A DNA stretch of 62,896 nucleotides, the filler included, from Globobulimina sp. (lineage: Eukaryota): the NCBI GenBank assembly GCA_003354225.1. It is 43 parts of 43 records of this genome, joined end to end, with 100 filler letters (N's around TTAATTAATTAA, not from the genome) between each part and the next. Parts side by side here need not be neighbours in the genome. Positions count along the whole stretch, not along the records: positions 46,893 to 48,256 come from PIVH01017902.1; positions 48,357 to 49,720 come from PIVH01017903.1; positions 49,821 to 51,184 come from PIVH01017904.1; positions 51,285 to 52,648 come from PIVH01017905.1; positions 52,749 to 54,112 come from PIVH01017906.1; positions 54,213 to 55,576 come from PIVH01017907.1; positions 55,677 to 57,040 come from PIVH01017908.1; positions 57,141 to 58,504 come from PIVH01017909.1; 35 more parts are not named here. One strand, given 5' to 3'. The notes beneath the pieces are model-generated. The model was not told the origin of the DNA. It made no database searches and saw nothing but the letters and a program-made list of their open reading frames with translations. Shown here piece after piece: positions 47,790 to 60,383 of this stretch (the first letter of the stretch is position 1; every line of letters starts with the position of its first letter). The position numbers and the translations under genes are program-made.

Positions 47790-47867
47790 CTAGAGTGGTT
47801 TTCAACTTTGAATACTAGGATTCGAAACCTAGGTCAACTTCGAATACTAGGTTGAAAACCACTCTAG
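47790..47867. repeat. Tiny MITE-like element (78 bp) with 17-bp perfect inverted ends
   Basis: CTAGAGTGGTTTTCAAC ... GTTGAAAACCACTCTAG; internal AATACTAG repeats. Confidence 0.65.
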
Positions 47868-48356
47868 CTAACCCAAAAACCTTGCCAATCACAAACGAAG
47901 TGTTTCTTCAAAATACTAAGAAATCAATTCAATCTATGCTTTAATCTGGATTCCATCTCAACGCTTTACATTGCGCTTTGGACAAACCGTTGCAGGCAAT
48001 TGTATGGAATGGAATAGAAATAGAATAGAATAGAAAAGGAACGAACATGGTAAAAATTAAAAAATACAATAAAATTATTTATTTTTTCACATAATTCCTA
48101 GCTAATTCTAGCTCTCGAATACGTTTTTTGAGCGCTTGTACTTGTTTTTGTAATTCCATATTGTCATTAATTAAATATTGTTGATGTTCAACAATACGTA
48201 TTTTATCCTCCGATGTTTGTTTCACAAATCTTTTCATATCGTCGCGTGACACCGACNNNNNNNNNNNNNNNNNNNNNNNNNNNNNNNNNNNNNNNNNNNN
48301 TTAATTAATTAANNNNNNNNNNNNNNNNNNNNNNNNNNNNNNNNNNNNNNNNNNNN

Positions 48357-49700
48357 AATCAATTGCAATTTCACAATCACTCACACATTGTCCTATATTT
48401 TCTTTCTCCTTCGAGTCAGTACAGGCCATAGTGCTCAATTTACGTTTTTTATTATTTTGTGCTTTCATACGGTTATCCGGATCCAAATCATTCTCCATCA
48501 TCGAGTCATACGTTCGTTTTCTATTCTTTTTCGGCTTTAAAACAATATTTGAATTATTTGCATGTTGTGTATTGTTCCAATTTGTGCCTAAATGCGGTAT
48601 CAATGGTTTCCCCGCTAATAACTGTTTCATTTCTTTTTTTTTCGCATTTTTTCCGATTTGCAACATGGTTTTCTTGCCATTTGTATATTTCTTCATTCTC
48701 GAGCGCATAAACGGTGTCATCGAAGATGAGTTTAATATTAAATTTGCAGTTTTTTTCCGATTTTCATGGTAACTCACACTGGACATTCTGCGTTTTTTTG
48801 CGTGGTCATGGTTTTGCTGATTATTCCTTGTTTGAATCATACTGATTCCCGATCCGCGTCCAGACAGTGATTTTTTTTGGTTTTTACCGCGAAACTTTAT
48901 GGTTCCTCGATTTGTGTCACTCCGCCTCGACGCATATTTTTTATATTGTTTGGTTTTATGAAATGCGCACAAATCGCCCTTAGATTTATTAACCACATTC
49001 TGGCATTTTGAGTGCTTATCGTATGTATTTAGCAATTTGTTACAAAAACTAAAATCTACCGATTTGCCCATAATTAGTATTTGTTCGTTGCTCTCGATTT
49101 TTAATGAGATGTTATTATTACCGCCGCCTGTTTGTTTTTTGTCATTTATTATTTGCGGCCCAGCAATGACCAAAATTGTGCCCGGCTGCACTTTGAAAAA
49201 CTTCTCAATTATTTCGGCGTTGAATATAAAGCACGAAATGGAGGCATTGAAGTCATCAATTTTGATCAATAGATATTTATTGTTATTTTTTGAATGCCGT
49301 ATTATTTTCGAGGATAAAATTCCAATGATTACAAATCCACCGTTGGTTACGCATTTATTCTGTAATTTTAATGGTAAATTAATTAATGACACAAATGACC
49401 ACCGTCTTAATCTCAATTTTAAATCTTCGGAGCTAATGGTACGAGTTAATGGATCTATTCGCAGTTTACAACGTAAGCTTGCACAGACATATAATTCTGA
49501 ATCGCCTCCATTTTCTTCAATTAACAACAACAAAAAAGAACAATTTTTAGCAGATTACAATGTTTGACAGATGTGGTGTCAGTATCGTAACTTTGTTGTG
49601 TTGCAATTTGCTTTTCTTTCTCTTCTTCCTTTTTTTCTTGAGTTTGGTCGTCTTCATCAATTAAACCCAGCAATTCATCCAACTCATCAAAATCAGACAT
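48357..49700 (-). CDS. MCM10: DNA replication factor MCM10, 3'-partial; short intron near 49515-49590
   Basis: Acidic N-terminus, OB fold (GIL..K.....NN.KY..I.DD), G.S.D...C...C.N.VN..KG..C.FH CCCH finger, SRR.D. Confidence 0.8.
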
Positions 49701-49820
49701 GATCTATAAACTATATATATNNNNNNNNNNNNNNNNNNNNNNNNNNNNNNNNNNNNNNNNNNNNTTAATTAATTAANNNNNNNNNNNNNNNNNNNNNNNN
49801 NNNNNNNNNNNNNNNNNNNN

Positions 49821-50847
49821 ATGTTTAACTGAAGGATATGGTCTCCGCGGTGCAAACTTAAATGGTTTATTTATGTCGGACATCGATAATAACACAAACT
49901 GGGAATTAACAGTGTATGACATAAATAATAAAGACTCGATTTGCACCAATAACGAATACAAATGGGTTATAGATTCATGTGGTATTTGTTACGCAGAAAA
50001 TATCAAAAAATATTTACCAAAACATGTATTATCTACAATTGAATGTGAATACAAATATGACACAAAATATAACGGTATATTCAAATGTTGCGGAATAAAA
50101 CGCGATGGATTGAATAGCAATCAGTTCAATGGAATATTGCTGTCCGATGGAGAAAAGAAAGCGTATAAGTGGGAGCTGCCTCGTTTGCCGCAGTATTTGC
50201 ATGGAAATGAGCTTGTGTTTGACTCGTTGTATGGATATGGAATATGTAGCATTGGCGGACAAAATGATGATGGTTTGATAACTAAAAATATTTACAATTT
50301 TAATTTTGCTCAAAAAGAATGGAAATGGGAGAAACTAACTGCTCTGAAAGTTGGTGTTTCCAAATCGTCAGTTTGTGTGATTACTAATCAAGACTGCAAT
50401 TGTTTGTTTGTTGTCGGTGGCCAGGGACACGGACTCGAAACAACTGCACAAATTTATAATTTGCAAGCAAAAAAATGGCTTTTTGGTCAAAGTAACATCA
50501 CTGCGAGGTTTGAGGGCGGTGTTTATTTTGATAAATATATGCATAGAGTGTATTATTTTGGAGGTAAAGATATAGACAGTGATACGTTGACGAAATATAA
50601 TGAATATTATGTGATTGAAAGAGATGTCTGGTTAAATACAAATATTCCTACAATTAAATTAGGCCTAAAGCCATTAATTTGGACACAAGGCGATTTATTG
50701 TACACTGCGAGTTTTTTAAATTATGGATTTTCTATGCAATATATTGATTTAAGAATAAATAATAAACAGTGGAATTCTCAGAAAACAAATCATAAACATT
50801 TATCACATGTTCCTTATCCACAAGCTATTTGTAGATTGCTTGTGTAA
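49821..50847 (+). CDS. Kelch-repeat beta-propeller protein, 5'-partial
   Basis: SIGG..W.W, LFVVGG..YNL..KW and YYFGG..Y....W repeats. Confidence 0.75.
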
Positions 50848-51284
50848 TATGCCGAATCTTCTCGCAATTGTTTTCTCGCAATTATAGTTTTTAACATTAA
50901 CATGGCCAAACTCGATTGTTTTATGTGTATTGATGCAAAACACATATTCGCAATCTCCACCTATATTCACTCTGGTTGATAATTCATTGATTACTCGTAC
51001 CATTATATTGGATAGCAACGGCAATAACACCTCAAATTGGAAAATTCATATTGATGCAACTGCATTAACTAATTCCGATTTTGATGATATACAATATTTT
51101 GGATATAATGATACCGTTTCAGATGTTCAATTGATCAATTATACAGAATGGGAATTTGTTACACAAATTGAGCTCATTGTGTGCNNNNNNNNNNNNNNNN
51201 NNNNNNNNNNNNNNNNNNNNNNNNNNNNTTAATTAATTAANNNNNNNNNNNNNNNNNNNNNNNNNNNNNNNNNNNNNNNNNNNN

Positions 51285-52260
51285 ATGGCCTCTCGCGTGG
51301 CCTCAACGGATGGGAATCGTAAATAGGCAAAGGGTCTGATGCCATTGTGGCGGTATGTGACTATACATTTCTTTCTCCACAAAGGTGTGCCAGATATGTA
51401 TTTAGCAATGTCCTGCTCGATTGTAGTCTGATTCGTGTATCCTTCCATTAAGCCGGAGATGTATACCTAATGTAAATAGCAATTTGTAGTATTTTGTACC
51501 TTTGTCAGTATGGTACAAAATGGTACAAACTCAATCTTAACTTTCTGTGTCATATCATTCATCAACAAAAAGCGCACAGTGATTTGACAAGCACCAAAAC
51601 AGTGCCTTTTATCAAACCTGGCCTGCGCTCTCATGGCATCGTATTTGTTCCAAAACCAAATGTATGCATAATGATGCCATTCATACTCAGGTTCGATGTC
51701 CACACTTTCGCTCTGAATGTCGTTGTTTGTCATGGATGTCATATCGGAATCAGTATCATTTAAGGTGGTCACCGTGGTATTACTCGATGATGCGATTGAG
51801 AATTTTGGTGAGAATGCCGTATTACTTACTTTTGACGGCACAGTCACAGGGATTGGCGCTGCAGAATCATCAGAACCACTGATGCCTTTATAATTATAAT
51901 TAGTCAGATCACAATTGGATGGTTGCGGTGTATGTGTAAAACTGTTTGATTTTGATTTTGCTAAACTGACTGAACGTGAATGTGCTAACTTGTTCGGACA
52001 CGATACTTCAAACAAACTCGTTGTAGGCTGAACAATGGGCGATTTGTCGGATTTGTCATTGGATGTATGTGAGAGCGGTGTGGTGGCGGTAGCGGTGGGC
52101 GTTAAGTTATTGCTCATTGACTTTGTTTCATCCAACATTGGTATGGCTGATTTTTGCTCTTCTACACTCTTTTTACGTTGCTGCAGGTCATCGCCTTCCA
52201 ATGAGTCGGTGAATTGAGTCCCGATCTGTACTTTTGCTTTTTTCTTCTTTTTAGCATTGG
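51285..52260 (-). CDS. RRM-containing protein fragment, multi-exon
   Basis: RNP1-like YAYIWF....DA..A and FAYLRF.S.EA; Ser/Thr-rich linker. Confidence 0.55.
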
Positions 52261-52748
52261 CTAATATTTGACGCGTATATTCAAATTGTGTGTTCCCAGC
52301 TTGTTCTATTCAAAAACAAAAAACATATTTACATTCAGATACATATACAGCAGATGTTATACATAACTTCTTTGCAAAGGGCTGCGTTGAATGATTTGCT
52401 CCTTGTTTTCCTGCATTGCATTGATATCCAAATGAACCGCTATTTTGTCCATTGGACTGGTTGGCGATCTTTGTTGTGATATCGGTGCAATATCTCGCGG
52501 TGTTTCCGCAATATTTATGCTTAAAACACAATATATAAAACAAAAACGTTTGCCAACAATCCGCCAACATCAACACAACAAGACCTTTCAGCGTACAGCC
52601 CGACGGAAGGAAGAGAAATCCCTTCAACGCGATACGATATTACCGTCGNNNNNNNNNNNNNNNNNNNNNNNNNNNNNNNNNNNNNNNNNNNNTTAATTAA
52701 TTAANNNNNNNNNNNNNNNNNNNNNNNNNNNNNNNNNNNNNNNNNNNN

Positions 52749-53665
52749 AAAAATATTATTTAACCGTTCAAGAAATCGAAACAAATGAATTTGGTCCAAC
52801 ATTGCTTTATACCTCGCCATTAAATAAAAAATTAATGTCAGATATCCCGACAAAACCATCGCTTTTAAAATACTTAGAATTGTATCAAATTAATTGTTGG
52901 ATTGGTCACTCATTAAATGGTACTTCGTCTAAATTACACCATGATTACCATGATAATTTATACACTGTTATAAGAGGGAAAAAACAGTTTGCTATTTTCC
53001 CTCCAAACTGCGTGCATTCATTGTATGTAAATGGTAGTGATAAAATAGCAAATATATTTGCCAATGGATTGATAACATACAATGATGATTTTAGAGAGGA
53101 CGGAGCGAGCAAAATATCTGTACAAAAATGGAATGAATATAAGGATTTACCCTTTTTATTTGATGGAAAGCAGAATGAGAATGAAATGGATGAACAAGAA
53201 GCGATTTTAGATAAATTGCTGAATGAAAAGATGGAATGTATGGAGAATAAGAATAATGTGGAGGGATATGATGACTTTGATAATTTAGATTGGAATGAGA
53301 ATGATGATGATATTAAAGAGCCACCACTGAAAAGACAGAGATTGGATAATAGTGTGCGTACTGAAAAGAAGGATCCATTAAGTTTCAGTCAGATTGATTT
53401 GAGGGAGAATGAGGATGTGATAATTAAAAAGCATCCGAAATATGCAAATGTATGTAAATTAAAGCAGATGGTTGTGGTGAATGAAGGGGAAATGTTATAT
53501 TTACCATCTGGATGGTTTCATGATGTCACATCTTTTTCAAATAAGGAATTGAAATCACATTTTGCACTCAATTATTGGATGCATCCACCGGTTAAAACTG
53601 GTAGTATCAAGCAACCGTATTGCGATAATTTTTGGAAAGAGCATAATAAACAATCGTTTGAGTAG
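52749..53665 (+). CDS. JmjC / cupin-like 2OG-Fe(II) oxygenase, 5'-partial
   Basis: N.WIG, LHHDYHDNLY...G.K.F..FPP, GEMLYLPSGWFHDV, ALNYW. Confidence 0.9.
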
Positions 53666-54212
53666 AAAAGTAGTCTTTCGAATTGATTCTGTTTTATACT
53701 TTGTGCTTTATACAAACAGAGGTTCATTTATTATAAATATAAAAAAAGTTATACAGTAATTATAATCCAAGAAAATCATTGTTTTTAATTGCATTCAATT
53801 CCGATAAATATAAATTTGTGTTTTTTTTGTTGAATTAAAATAAAAAAAAAGTATTTGGGAAAATTATTTTTATATATTATTTTTTGAATTTCCCAAAATT
53901 GATTTCATTATCGTTGATAATATATTTTGCGTATTATTGGATGATTGACGCATTATAGCATTATATGCAGGAATTGCATTATTCACTATTACAAAAAGAA
54001 AATGAATAAATGTACACATTTTATTTTAAACATCAGCCATTATAAGAAATGTATTATCATATCCTAAATATATTTCTTTTATTATTTTATTATTTGTAGT
54101 TTGTTGAACTATNNNNNNNNNNNNNNNNNNNNNNNNNNNNNNNNNNNNNNNNNNNNTTAATTAATTAANNNNNNNNNNNNNNNNNNNNNNNNNNNNNNNN
54201 NNNNNNNNNNNN

Positions 54213-55576
54213 ACGATATTCAGGAAAAGTTAAAATTCATTGAGTCAGACACTGCTGAGTCGCGAGCCTCTGCTTTGTTGAACGGACTCCAATTCAGTGA
54301 GTCTATGAAGAAGATGAAGACCGTGGATCTGAGCGGTGGCTGGAGAATGAGAGTGAGTTTGGCCTCCTCATTATTTATCGAACCAGACTTATTATTGCTG
54401 GACGAACCCACCAACCATTTAGATTTCCCGTCTGTTCTGTGGCTGAGTGAGTACTTACAGTTCTCCTACGCTGCGGAGAAAACAATTGTGGTCATCTCGC
54501 ACGATCGGCGCTTCCTCAATGATGTGTGTACCAACATCATCCATTTGGATAAGAAGAAGCTGACATTTTACACTGGCAATTACGACCAGTTTGTCAAAAT
54601 TCGCAGCGAGAAGCGGGTGCATCAGAACAAGCAATACGAGAAACAGCAAGCTGTGATCCAGCATAATCGCGAATTTATTGCCAAGTTCTCAGCCAATAAA
54701 AAGTGGTCAACGCAGGCTCAATCACGGCAGAAAATGCTGGACAAATTAGAAATTATCGACAAAGTTACAGATGATTTGTCGTTTCGATTTGATTTTCCGT
54801 CTCCGCCACAATTGCGAAATTCATCCATTTTTAGTTTCGATGATGTTACGTTTGGTTACTTCGGAGAAGATAAACCGGGTACTTTTATTTTGAAAAAAAT
54901 TAATTTGGTGTTCAATTATGGTCAGAAAGTGGGTATTTTGGGCGCGAATGGCGCGGGAAAATCGACGTTGATTAAGTTGATTATGAATAAAGCCCAGCCA
55001 TTGTTTGGTACAGCAAATATAAAGAATGCGGTGCAAATCGGTTACTTCTCGCAACATCACATTGATAATTTGGATTTGAATCTAACGCCGTTGCAACAGT
55101 TAGAAAAAGAGTTTGGTTCCGCAAATGTGACCAGGCAGCAATTATATGCGCAATTGGGCAGATTTAATTTGAGGTATTTTGATTTCTATGCATAATGAGA
55201 GTAATTTATGCAATTTTTGATTAAATATTTAGCAAAGAAATAGTTGAACGAAAGATTGGCACTTTGTCAGGTGGTCAAAAATCGAGAGTGACTTTCAGTA
55301 TTTTAACGTGGTACAAACCGCATTTAATAATCATGGACGAACCGACCAATCATTTGGATATCCCAACTATTAATGGTTTGGCTCACGCTTTGAAGCGATT
55401 TGAAGGCTCTATTTTGATCATATCGCATGATCAGCATTTTGTGGAAACCTGTTGTTCCGAGTTCTGGTGTGTGGGGAATCGCAAAATCAAAATATTTAAT
55501 GATTTTAAGAAATGTATTTCGTACTCAAAGAAATGCAAAGCTCCAAATAATTTGCCCCGAGAATATGATGGCGAAG
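54213..55576 (+). CDS. ABC-F family ATPase (GCN20/ABCF-like), partial; intron 55174-55232
   Basis: LSGGWRMR, LLDEPTNHLD, SHDR, GANGAGKST, LSGGQKSR, DEPTNHLD; no TM domains. Confidence 0.93.
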
Positions 55577-55739
55577 NNNNNNNNNNNNNNNNNNNNNNNN
55601 NNNNNNNNNNNNNNNNNNNNTTAATTAATTAANNNNNNNNNNNNNNNNNNNNNNNNNNNNNNNNNNNNNNNNNNNNAAGATGGTATTCACAGTAAATCGA
55701 ATTTTCTTACAGTACTAGTACCGCAGCAATATTAAAATC

Positions 55740-56816
55740 ATGTCAACACCACTACTTTGCTTCATTGCTATCACATTGTCTCAGAATGTACAAAGTGAAC
55801 TGATAACATGCAATGACGCGTCAGGTAGTTGTAGTTGGCCATGCGATGCCAATGATCATTGTGAAGGCAACACGTACCATTGTCCACCCACCGCGTCTTC
55901 GTGCACCTTATCCTGTGCCAAATGTGATAATATTTACATCAATACATTCGCTGCTAACTTTACTATATTGTGTACCAAAAATAAAGCTTGTTCAAATATG
56001 CATATCGCCGGCAGGACAAACACAAGCAATGTCGCTTTACATTGCGGAAGCACTTATTGTCATTCTATAGCACTCTTTTGTCCATCACAAAGTGCAATAT
56101 GCCAATGTTTTGATTCCGGAACAAGTGACATTTGCGATGACGAAGTGCATATATTTTCATCCTATTCGCCATCAATGCATCCAACACAATCTCCAACGGT
56201 CCGTCCCACCGATAATTTGATAGCAATCCAAGAAACGATATTTTATTTTAGCACTACAGAAATAATGGATATATTATTTAAAACCGAAGAACAGCAAAAT
56301 GATAACACGTTAACTTTCATATGGATGGCTGGCTCTTTTTTCTTCACCGGATGTATTATTTTGGCGGTTGTCGTTGGATTGTATGCAAAATGCAAATCGA
56401 AACCAAATCGCTTGATAATTGACACACAAATTAAAATTAAACCGATTGCAAAGGAAAGCGTTATATTACAAGGGGTCGAACAGAGTGTACTGAGTAACAA
56501 TGAGATGGGTTTGAAGAATGAGGATGTTGCAGAAGAGAAGGAAAAAGTGAGTGACTTGTCTCAGTCGCAAGATAATGATGCAATGTCAGAGGATGAGGAG
56601 CAAAATAATGACGATGCGATGTCTCAGGCAACATTGGAGCATTTGGAGGGTGATAGAGGTATTTATGTGGATGAGATTCGACTTTGTGAGGACAAGGCAT
56701 TGCCAGCATTGCCATCATCATTGACTGGCGAAAAAAGCCATGGTGCGGATGTGGATGAAAAAGTGCTTGAAAATGTATGGAATAATGAATCATTGGCAAC
56801 TGAGTTCCATTTGTGA
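55740..56816 (+). CDS. Type I membrane protein: signal peptide, Cys-rich ectodomain, PT stalk, TM, acidic tail
   Basis: Complete 358-aa ORF with this hydropathy and Cys pattern. Confidence 0.7.
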   Translation: MSTPLLCFIAITLSQNVQSELITCNDASGSCSWPCDANDHCEGNTYHCPPTASSCTLSCAKCDNIYINTFAANFTILCTKNKACSNMHIAGRTNTSNVALHCGSTYCHSIALFCPSQSAICQCFDSGTSDICDDEVHIFSSYSPSMHPTQSPTVRPTDNLIAIQETIFYFSTTEIMDILFKTEEQQNDNTLTFIWMAGSFFFTGCIILAVVVGLYAKCKSKPNRLIIDTQIKIKPIAKESVILQGVEQSVLSNNEMGLKNEDVAEEKEKVSDLSQSQDNDAMSEDEEQNNDDAMSQATLEHLEGDRGIYVDEIRLCEDKALPALPSSLTGEKSHGADVDEKVLENVWNNESLATEFHL

Positions 56817-57392
56817 AATTGTGAGTAATTTTAGTTTTATTTTTTTTCTTTTAAATTTATCTGTCCGTAATTTTATATTCCTTCAAAACAGAAACGTACT
56901 TTTTTTTTTGTGCCGCATATCTTTGAGAAAAACTTTATTTTAAAAATAGCTGCAAATCATGTCATGGCGTCGAGCACAGCCACATTTATCGAATTTTCTT
57001 GCAGTTTCCAGCTTTGGTATCCTGCGTTGCGCCGTAGGAGNNNNNNNNNNNNNNNNNNNNNNNNNNNNNNNNNNNNNNNNNNNNTTAATTAATTAANNNN
57101 NNNNNNNNNNNNNNNNNNNNNNNNNNNNNNNNNNNNNNNNAATGTATGGATATTCACCAAATAAAGGCTTGATTAAGAAACTGGCAAAGCACGTTAACAA
57201 AATGGTAGATGAGATTAAAAAGGGTTACATATGAATTTATTTGTATTTTGCTTTGCATTCCGAATGGACTCGATTTATTGCTATTTTCATATGCATTTGT
57301 TGACTATTAATGTTCCAAAAAAATGAGTCGTACTGAAAGCTTAACAATAAATTGCAAGGAACAAATGAATACTTTATGCTTGTTGACAATGT

Positions 57393-58496
57393 CTATATCA
57401 CATTAGAAATACTCATTTTCCAATGCATAATGCGTGCTCCATCCATACTATTCCCACTTGCCATTAAATGCAAAAAATTGAAGGGACAGTATTTGCAAAT
57501 ACACAGTATAATAACATCTGGTATTTTTGTCTTGTATCTCCTGGACCATTTACTAACGACTTGTGACACTGTCTGGACAGTATCTGGCAATGATGTCACT
57601 CCAATTGACACTAAACCTGAATTCACCTCTTCCATAACAACTGGCCCTTTATTACTGATTTTAAATTGTAATTTGACCTTTATTACTGAATTCACCGGCA
57701 ATTTGATATTACTGATTTTAAATTGTAAACACGCGCTGTCAAAGATATATATCCTGCCAGCAAAATAATGTCTACGTACAATCAAAATATATCTCTTATC
57801 ACTACTGACAGCAAATGATGCTTGGGAGAAATCATAGGGGCAACAAATAGATAATTTGGACCATTTATCATTCTCTTGAGAATAGGAATAAATTGATGTA
57901 TCACAGCAAAACATTAAAACACATTTAATCAATGGACAATGCACCAATGCTTTGGAGCCTATCGGAGCACAGAAACGGTGCATTTCAGTTGTTCCATTTT
58001 TCAAATGTATTGTGGTAGAATCTGAAATGCCAAAATATTCAAATTGTGATGAAATAGCATGTAAACAATGTTTCAAAATAAATGTCCTTGGATTGCTCAA
58101 TCGATGTGTTTCTATGTAATATCTGATATTTGCAGTATTTGATTGTAAGTTTGGTGGAAAAACGAATCGAATAATACGGTCCCAGGTCAATACATGGAGC
58201 TGTCCTCTTCGTCGTCTTTCTATATAGGATACCGTTTCAAGTGTAGAATCTGCAAATACTTCATTCAATATATCACCAGAATACACACATTTGGTGCCTC
58301 GAGCTCTAATTGTCACTGGTTTGTTGTTGCGGTAATTCTGCAGTTTGGTCCATTTGTTGAGAATGGAATTGTATAAATGTAAATGTATAAATGCTTGTTG
58401 GGGAGGCATGTGAAAATCTTCTTGGATTGATACAATGAGAAAATCCCTTCCATTGATGCATATTGGATCTGAATAATCTGATGTCAGTTCTGGCAT
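57393..58496 (-). CDS. Hypothetical (divergent propeller-like) protein with an internal ~20-aa duplication
   Basis: 367-aa ORF; LQFKISN duplicated (DNA repeat TTACTGATTTTAAATTGTAA at ~57650 and ~57709); IPDVI..CI.KY motif. Confidence 0.45.
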   Translation of the reverse strand: MPELTSDYSDPICINGRDFLIVSIQEDFHMPPQQAFIHLHLYNSILNKWTKLQNYRNNKPVTIRARGTKCVYSGDILNEVFADSTLETVSYIERRRRGQLHVLTWDRIIRFVFPPNLQSNTANIRYYIETHRLSNPRTFILKHCLHAISSQFEYFGISDSTTIHLKNGTTEMHRFCAPIGSKALVHCPLIKCVLMFCCDTSIYSYSQENDKWSKLSICCPYDFSQASFAVSSDKRYILIVRRHYFAGRIYIFDSACLQFKISNIKLPVNSVIKVKLQFKISNKGPVVMEEVNSGLVSIGVTSLPDTVQTVSQVVSKWSRRYKTKIPDVIILCICKYCPFNFLHLMASGNSMDGARIMHWKMSISNVI

Positions 58497-58604
58497 TGCA
58501 ATGTNNNNNNNNNNNNNNNNNNNNNNNNNNNNNNNNNNNNNNNNNNNNTTAATTAATTAANNNNNNNNNNNNNNNNNNNNNNNNNNNNNNNNNNNNNNNN
58601 NNNN

Positions 58605-59002
58605 GGAGAAACGATTTGTTTGTTGGCTATATTCCTGTGGGAGCTTTTAATTTCGGCTCCATTAATTTGACTGGAGATGAAGTGCTAAAAACAAATCAAA
58701 AGAAACATGATCCTGATGTTTGGTATAAAAATAATGGCGATAATAGACATAAAAAAAATGTTCCAAACTTACAATATACGCCTTATGAACAAGTGACGCA
58801 ACAAACGCCATTCATTAAAAAGTATATTCAACATTTTGACGCTGGGCAAGAGATGTTGTATAATAAAGGAGACGAAATTGGATATTTTGCATTTGGGTCG
58901 ACGATTGTGCTCATATTTGAAGCACCAAACTTTACATTCAATGTGAAGCCAAATCAAAAGATAAAATATGGAGACTCTTTGGGTGACATTGTTTATGATT
59001 GA
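58605..59002 (+). CDS. PSD: Phosphatidylserine decarboxylase, C-terminal part
   Basis: VGAFNFGSI, KGDEIGYF.FGSTIVLIFE (autocleavage GST), KIKYG. Confidence 0.9.
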
Positions 59003-59003
59003 G

Positions 59004-59540
59004 TCATAATTCACTTTTGTGATAGTTTGGGTACAAAGTGTTAAATTCTTGCCTTGGAATGAAATCGAGGACAGCTCCATTCATACAATATCTTAAGTTT
59101 GTTGGTGTTCTGTCATCATTGAAAACATGTCCTAAATGTGTATTACCTCTGGCCTCCAACACTTCGATACGATTCATGTTATTGCTGTTGTCTGCAATCT
59201 CGAGCACGTGGTCTTTGTCAAATGGTTCATAAAATGAGGGCCAGCCAGAGCCAGACTCGAATTTGGCTTTGGAGTCAAACAATGGCAAGCCAGTAACAAC
59301 AGATACAAATACTCCATCTACAACACTGTGTTCATAAACAGATGCTGAGTGTCTGGGCTCTGTGGCTGCGTGACGTGCAATACTCACCACATCATCTGGC
59401 AATTGTTGATAAATGTCATTTATTTGTGCTTGTGACAGCCGTGAAATATCAAATCCTGATGATGATAATTTATTTCTTGATCCCAATGTTGTGTAAGCAA
59501 ACTGTTGTTCAATTATTTTTGTGATACATGCGCATTGCAA
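59004..59540 (-). CDS. msrB: Methionine-R-sulfoxide reductase MsrB, zinc-free type; start uncertain
   Basis: ATEP, G.PLFDS..KFESGSGWPSF, R.EV, HLGHVFND, RYCMNG; both CxxC Zn motifs are absent. Confidence 0.9.
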   Translation of the reverse strand: MQCACITKIIEQQFAYTTLGSRNKLSSSGFDISRLSQAQINDIYQQLPDDVVSIARHAATEPRHSASVYEHSVVDGVFVSVVTGLPLFDSKAKFESGSGWPSFYEPFDKDHVLEIADNSNNMNRIEVLEARGNTHLGHVFNDDRTPTNLRYCMNGAVLDFIPRQEFNTLYPNYHKSEL

Positions 59541-60203
59541 AGCATTTGGTTATCATCTTAACATACGTAGCCAATGAGTAATGGCACAAATGGGCCAATG
59601 GTAAGCGTCACTGCTTTCCAATGTGCCAACATGCTTGACCTCTACTTTAATTTTTAAAGAAATATTTCACTGAGAATTCACTCAAAATGTGCATCAGTCA
59701 TATGGCTTTAGCTGATGTTGCGAGACCTAAGACTTTTGTCAACATTTAACCCAAGTTTTAAATACGTTTAATCAAAACTTTGCTTTTCTTTATATTCCAA
59801 ATCAATAAAATACACACAAATCGCTGCAACAAATTTGAATATTCCAGCAAAGAACAACATCGATGCTAAATTACCATTAAAATGTTGAATAACCACTCCA
59901 CAAATCATTGCAACCACTATTTGCGAAGCACAAACAGCCAAATTAACAATCGTTAATATTAATGCTTTNNNNNNNNNNNNNNNNNNNNNNNNNNNNNNNN
60001 NNNNNNNNNNNNTTAATTAATTAANNNNNNNNNNNNNNNNNNNNNNNNNNNNNNNNNNNNNNNNNNNNTGACAAAAATATGGGTAATTTGTGATGAATTA
60101 TATGATAAGATCTAGAAAAACCATTTGTTGATTATTTGAATGGAAGACATATATTTTTCGTTTTCCAACTAAACTATATATTGTATACATTGCATTCAAT
60201 TAT

Positions 60204-60383
60204 AAAGGCGTTGTCCCAACTTGTAGAGGAAAGAACTAGTTGCACATACACACCGTCAGAGAAAAGAAATACAAACGCGTTCTACAAGTCATGCGCAAGG
60301 CACCATGTATACAAGTCATGTGCAACTAGTTTTTTCTTGTACATGAAATGTTGTAGAATTCTACAAGTTGGGACAACACCTTT
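60204..60383. mobile_element. MITE-like non-autonomous DNA element (180 bp) with 24-bp TIRs
   Basis: AAAGGCGTTGTCCCAACTTGTAGA ... TCTACAAGTTGGGACAACACCTTT (1 mismatch); internal AACTAGTTGCACA/TGTGCAACTAGTT dyad. Confidence 0.7.
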
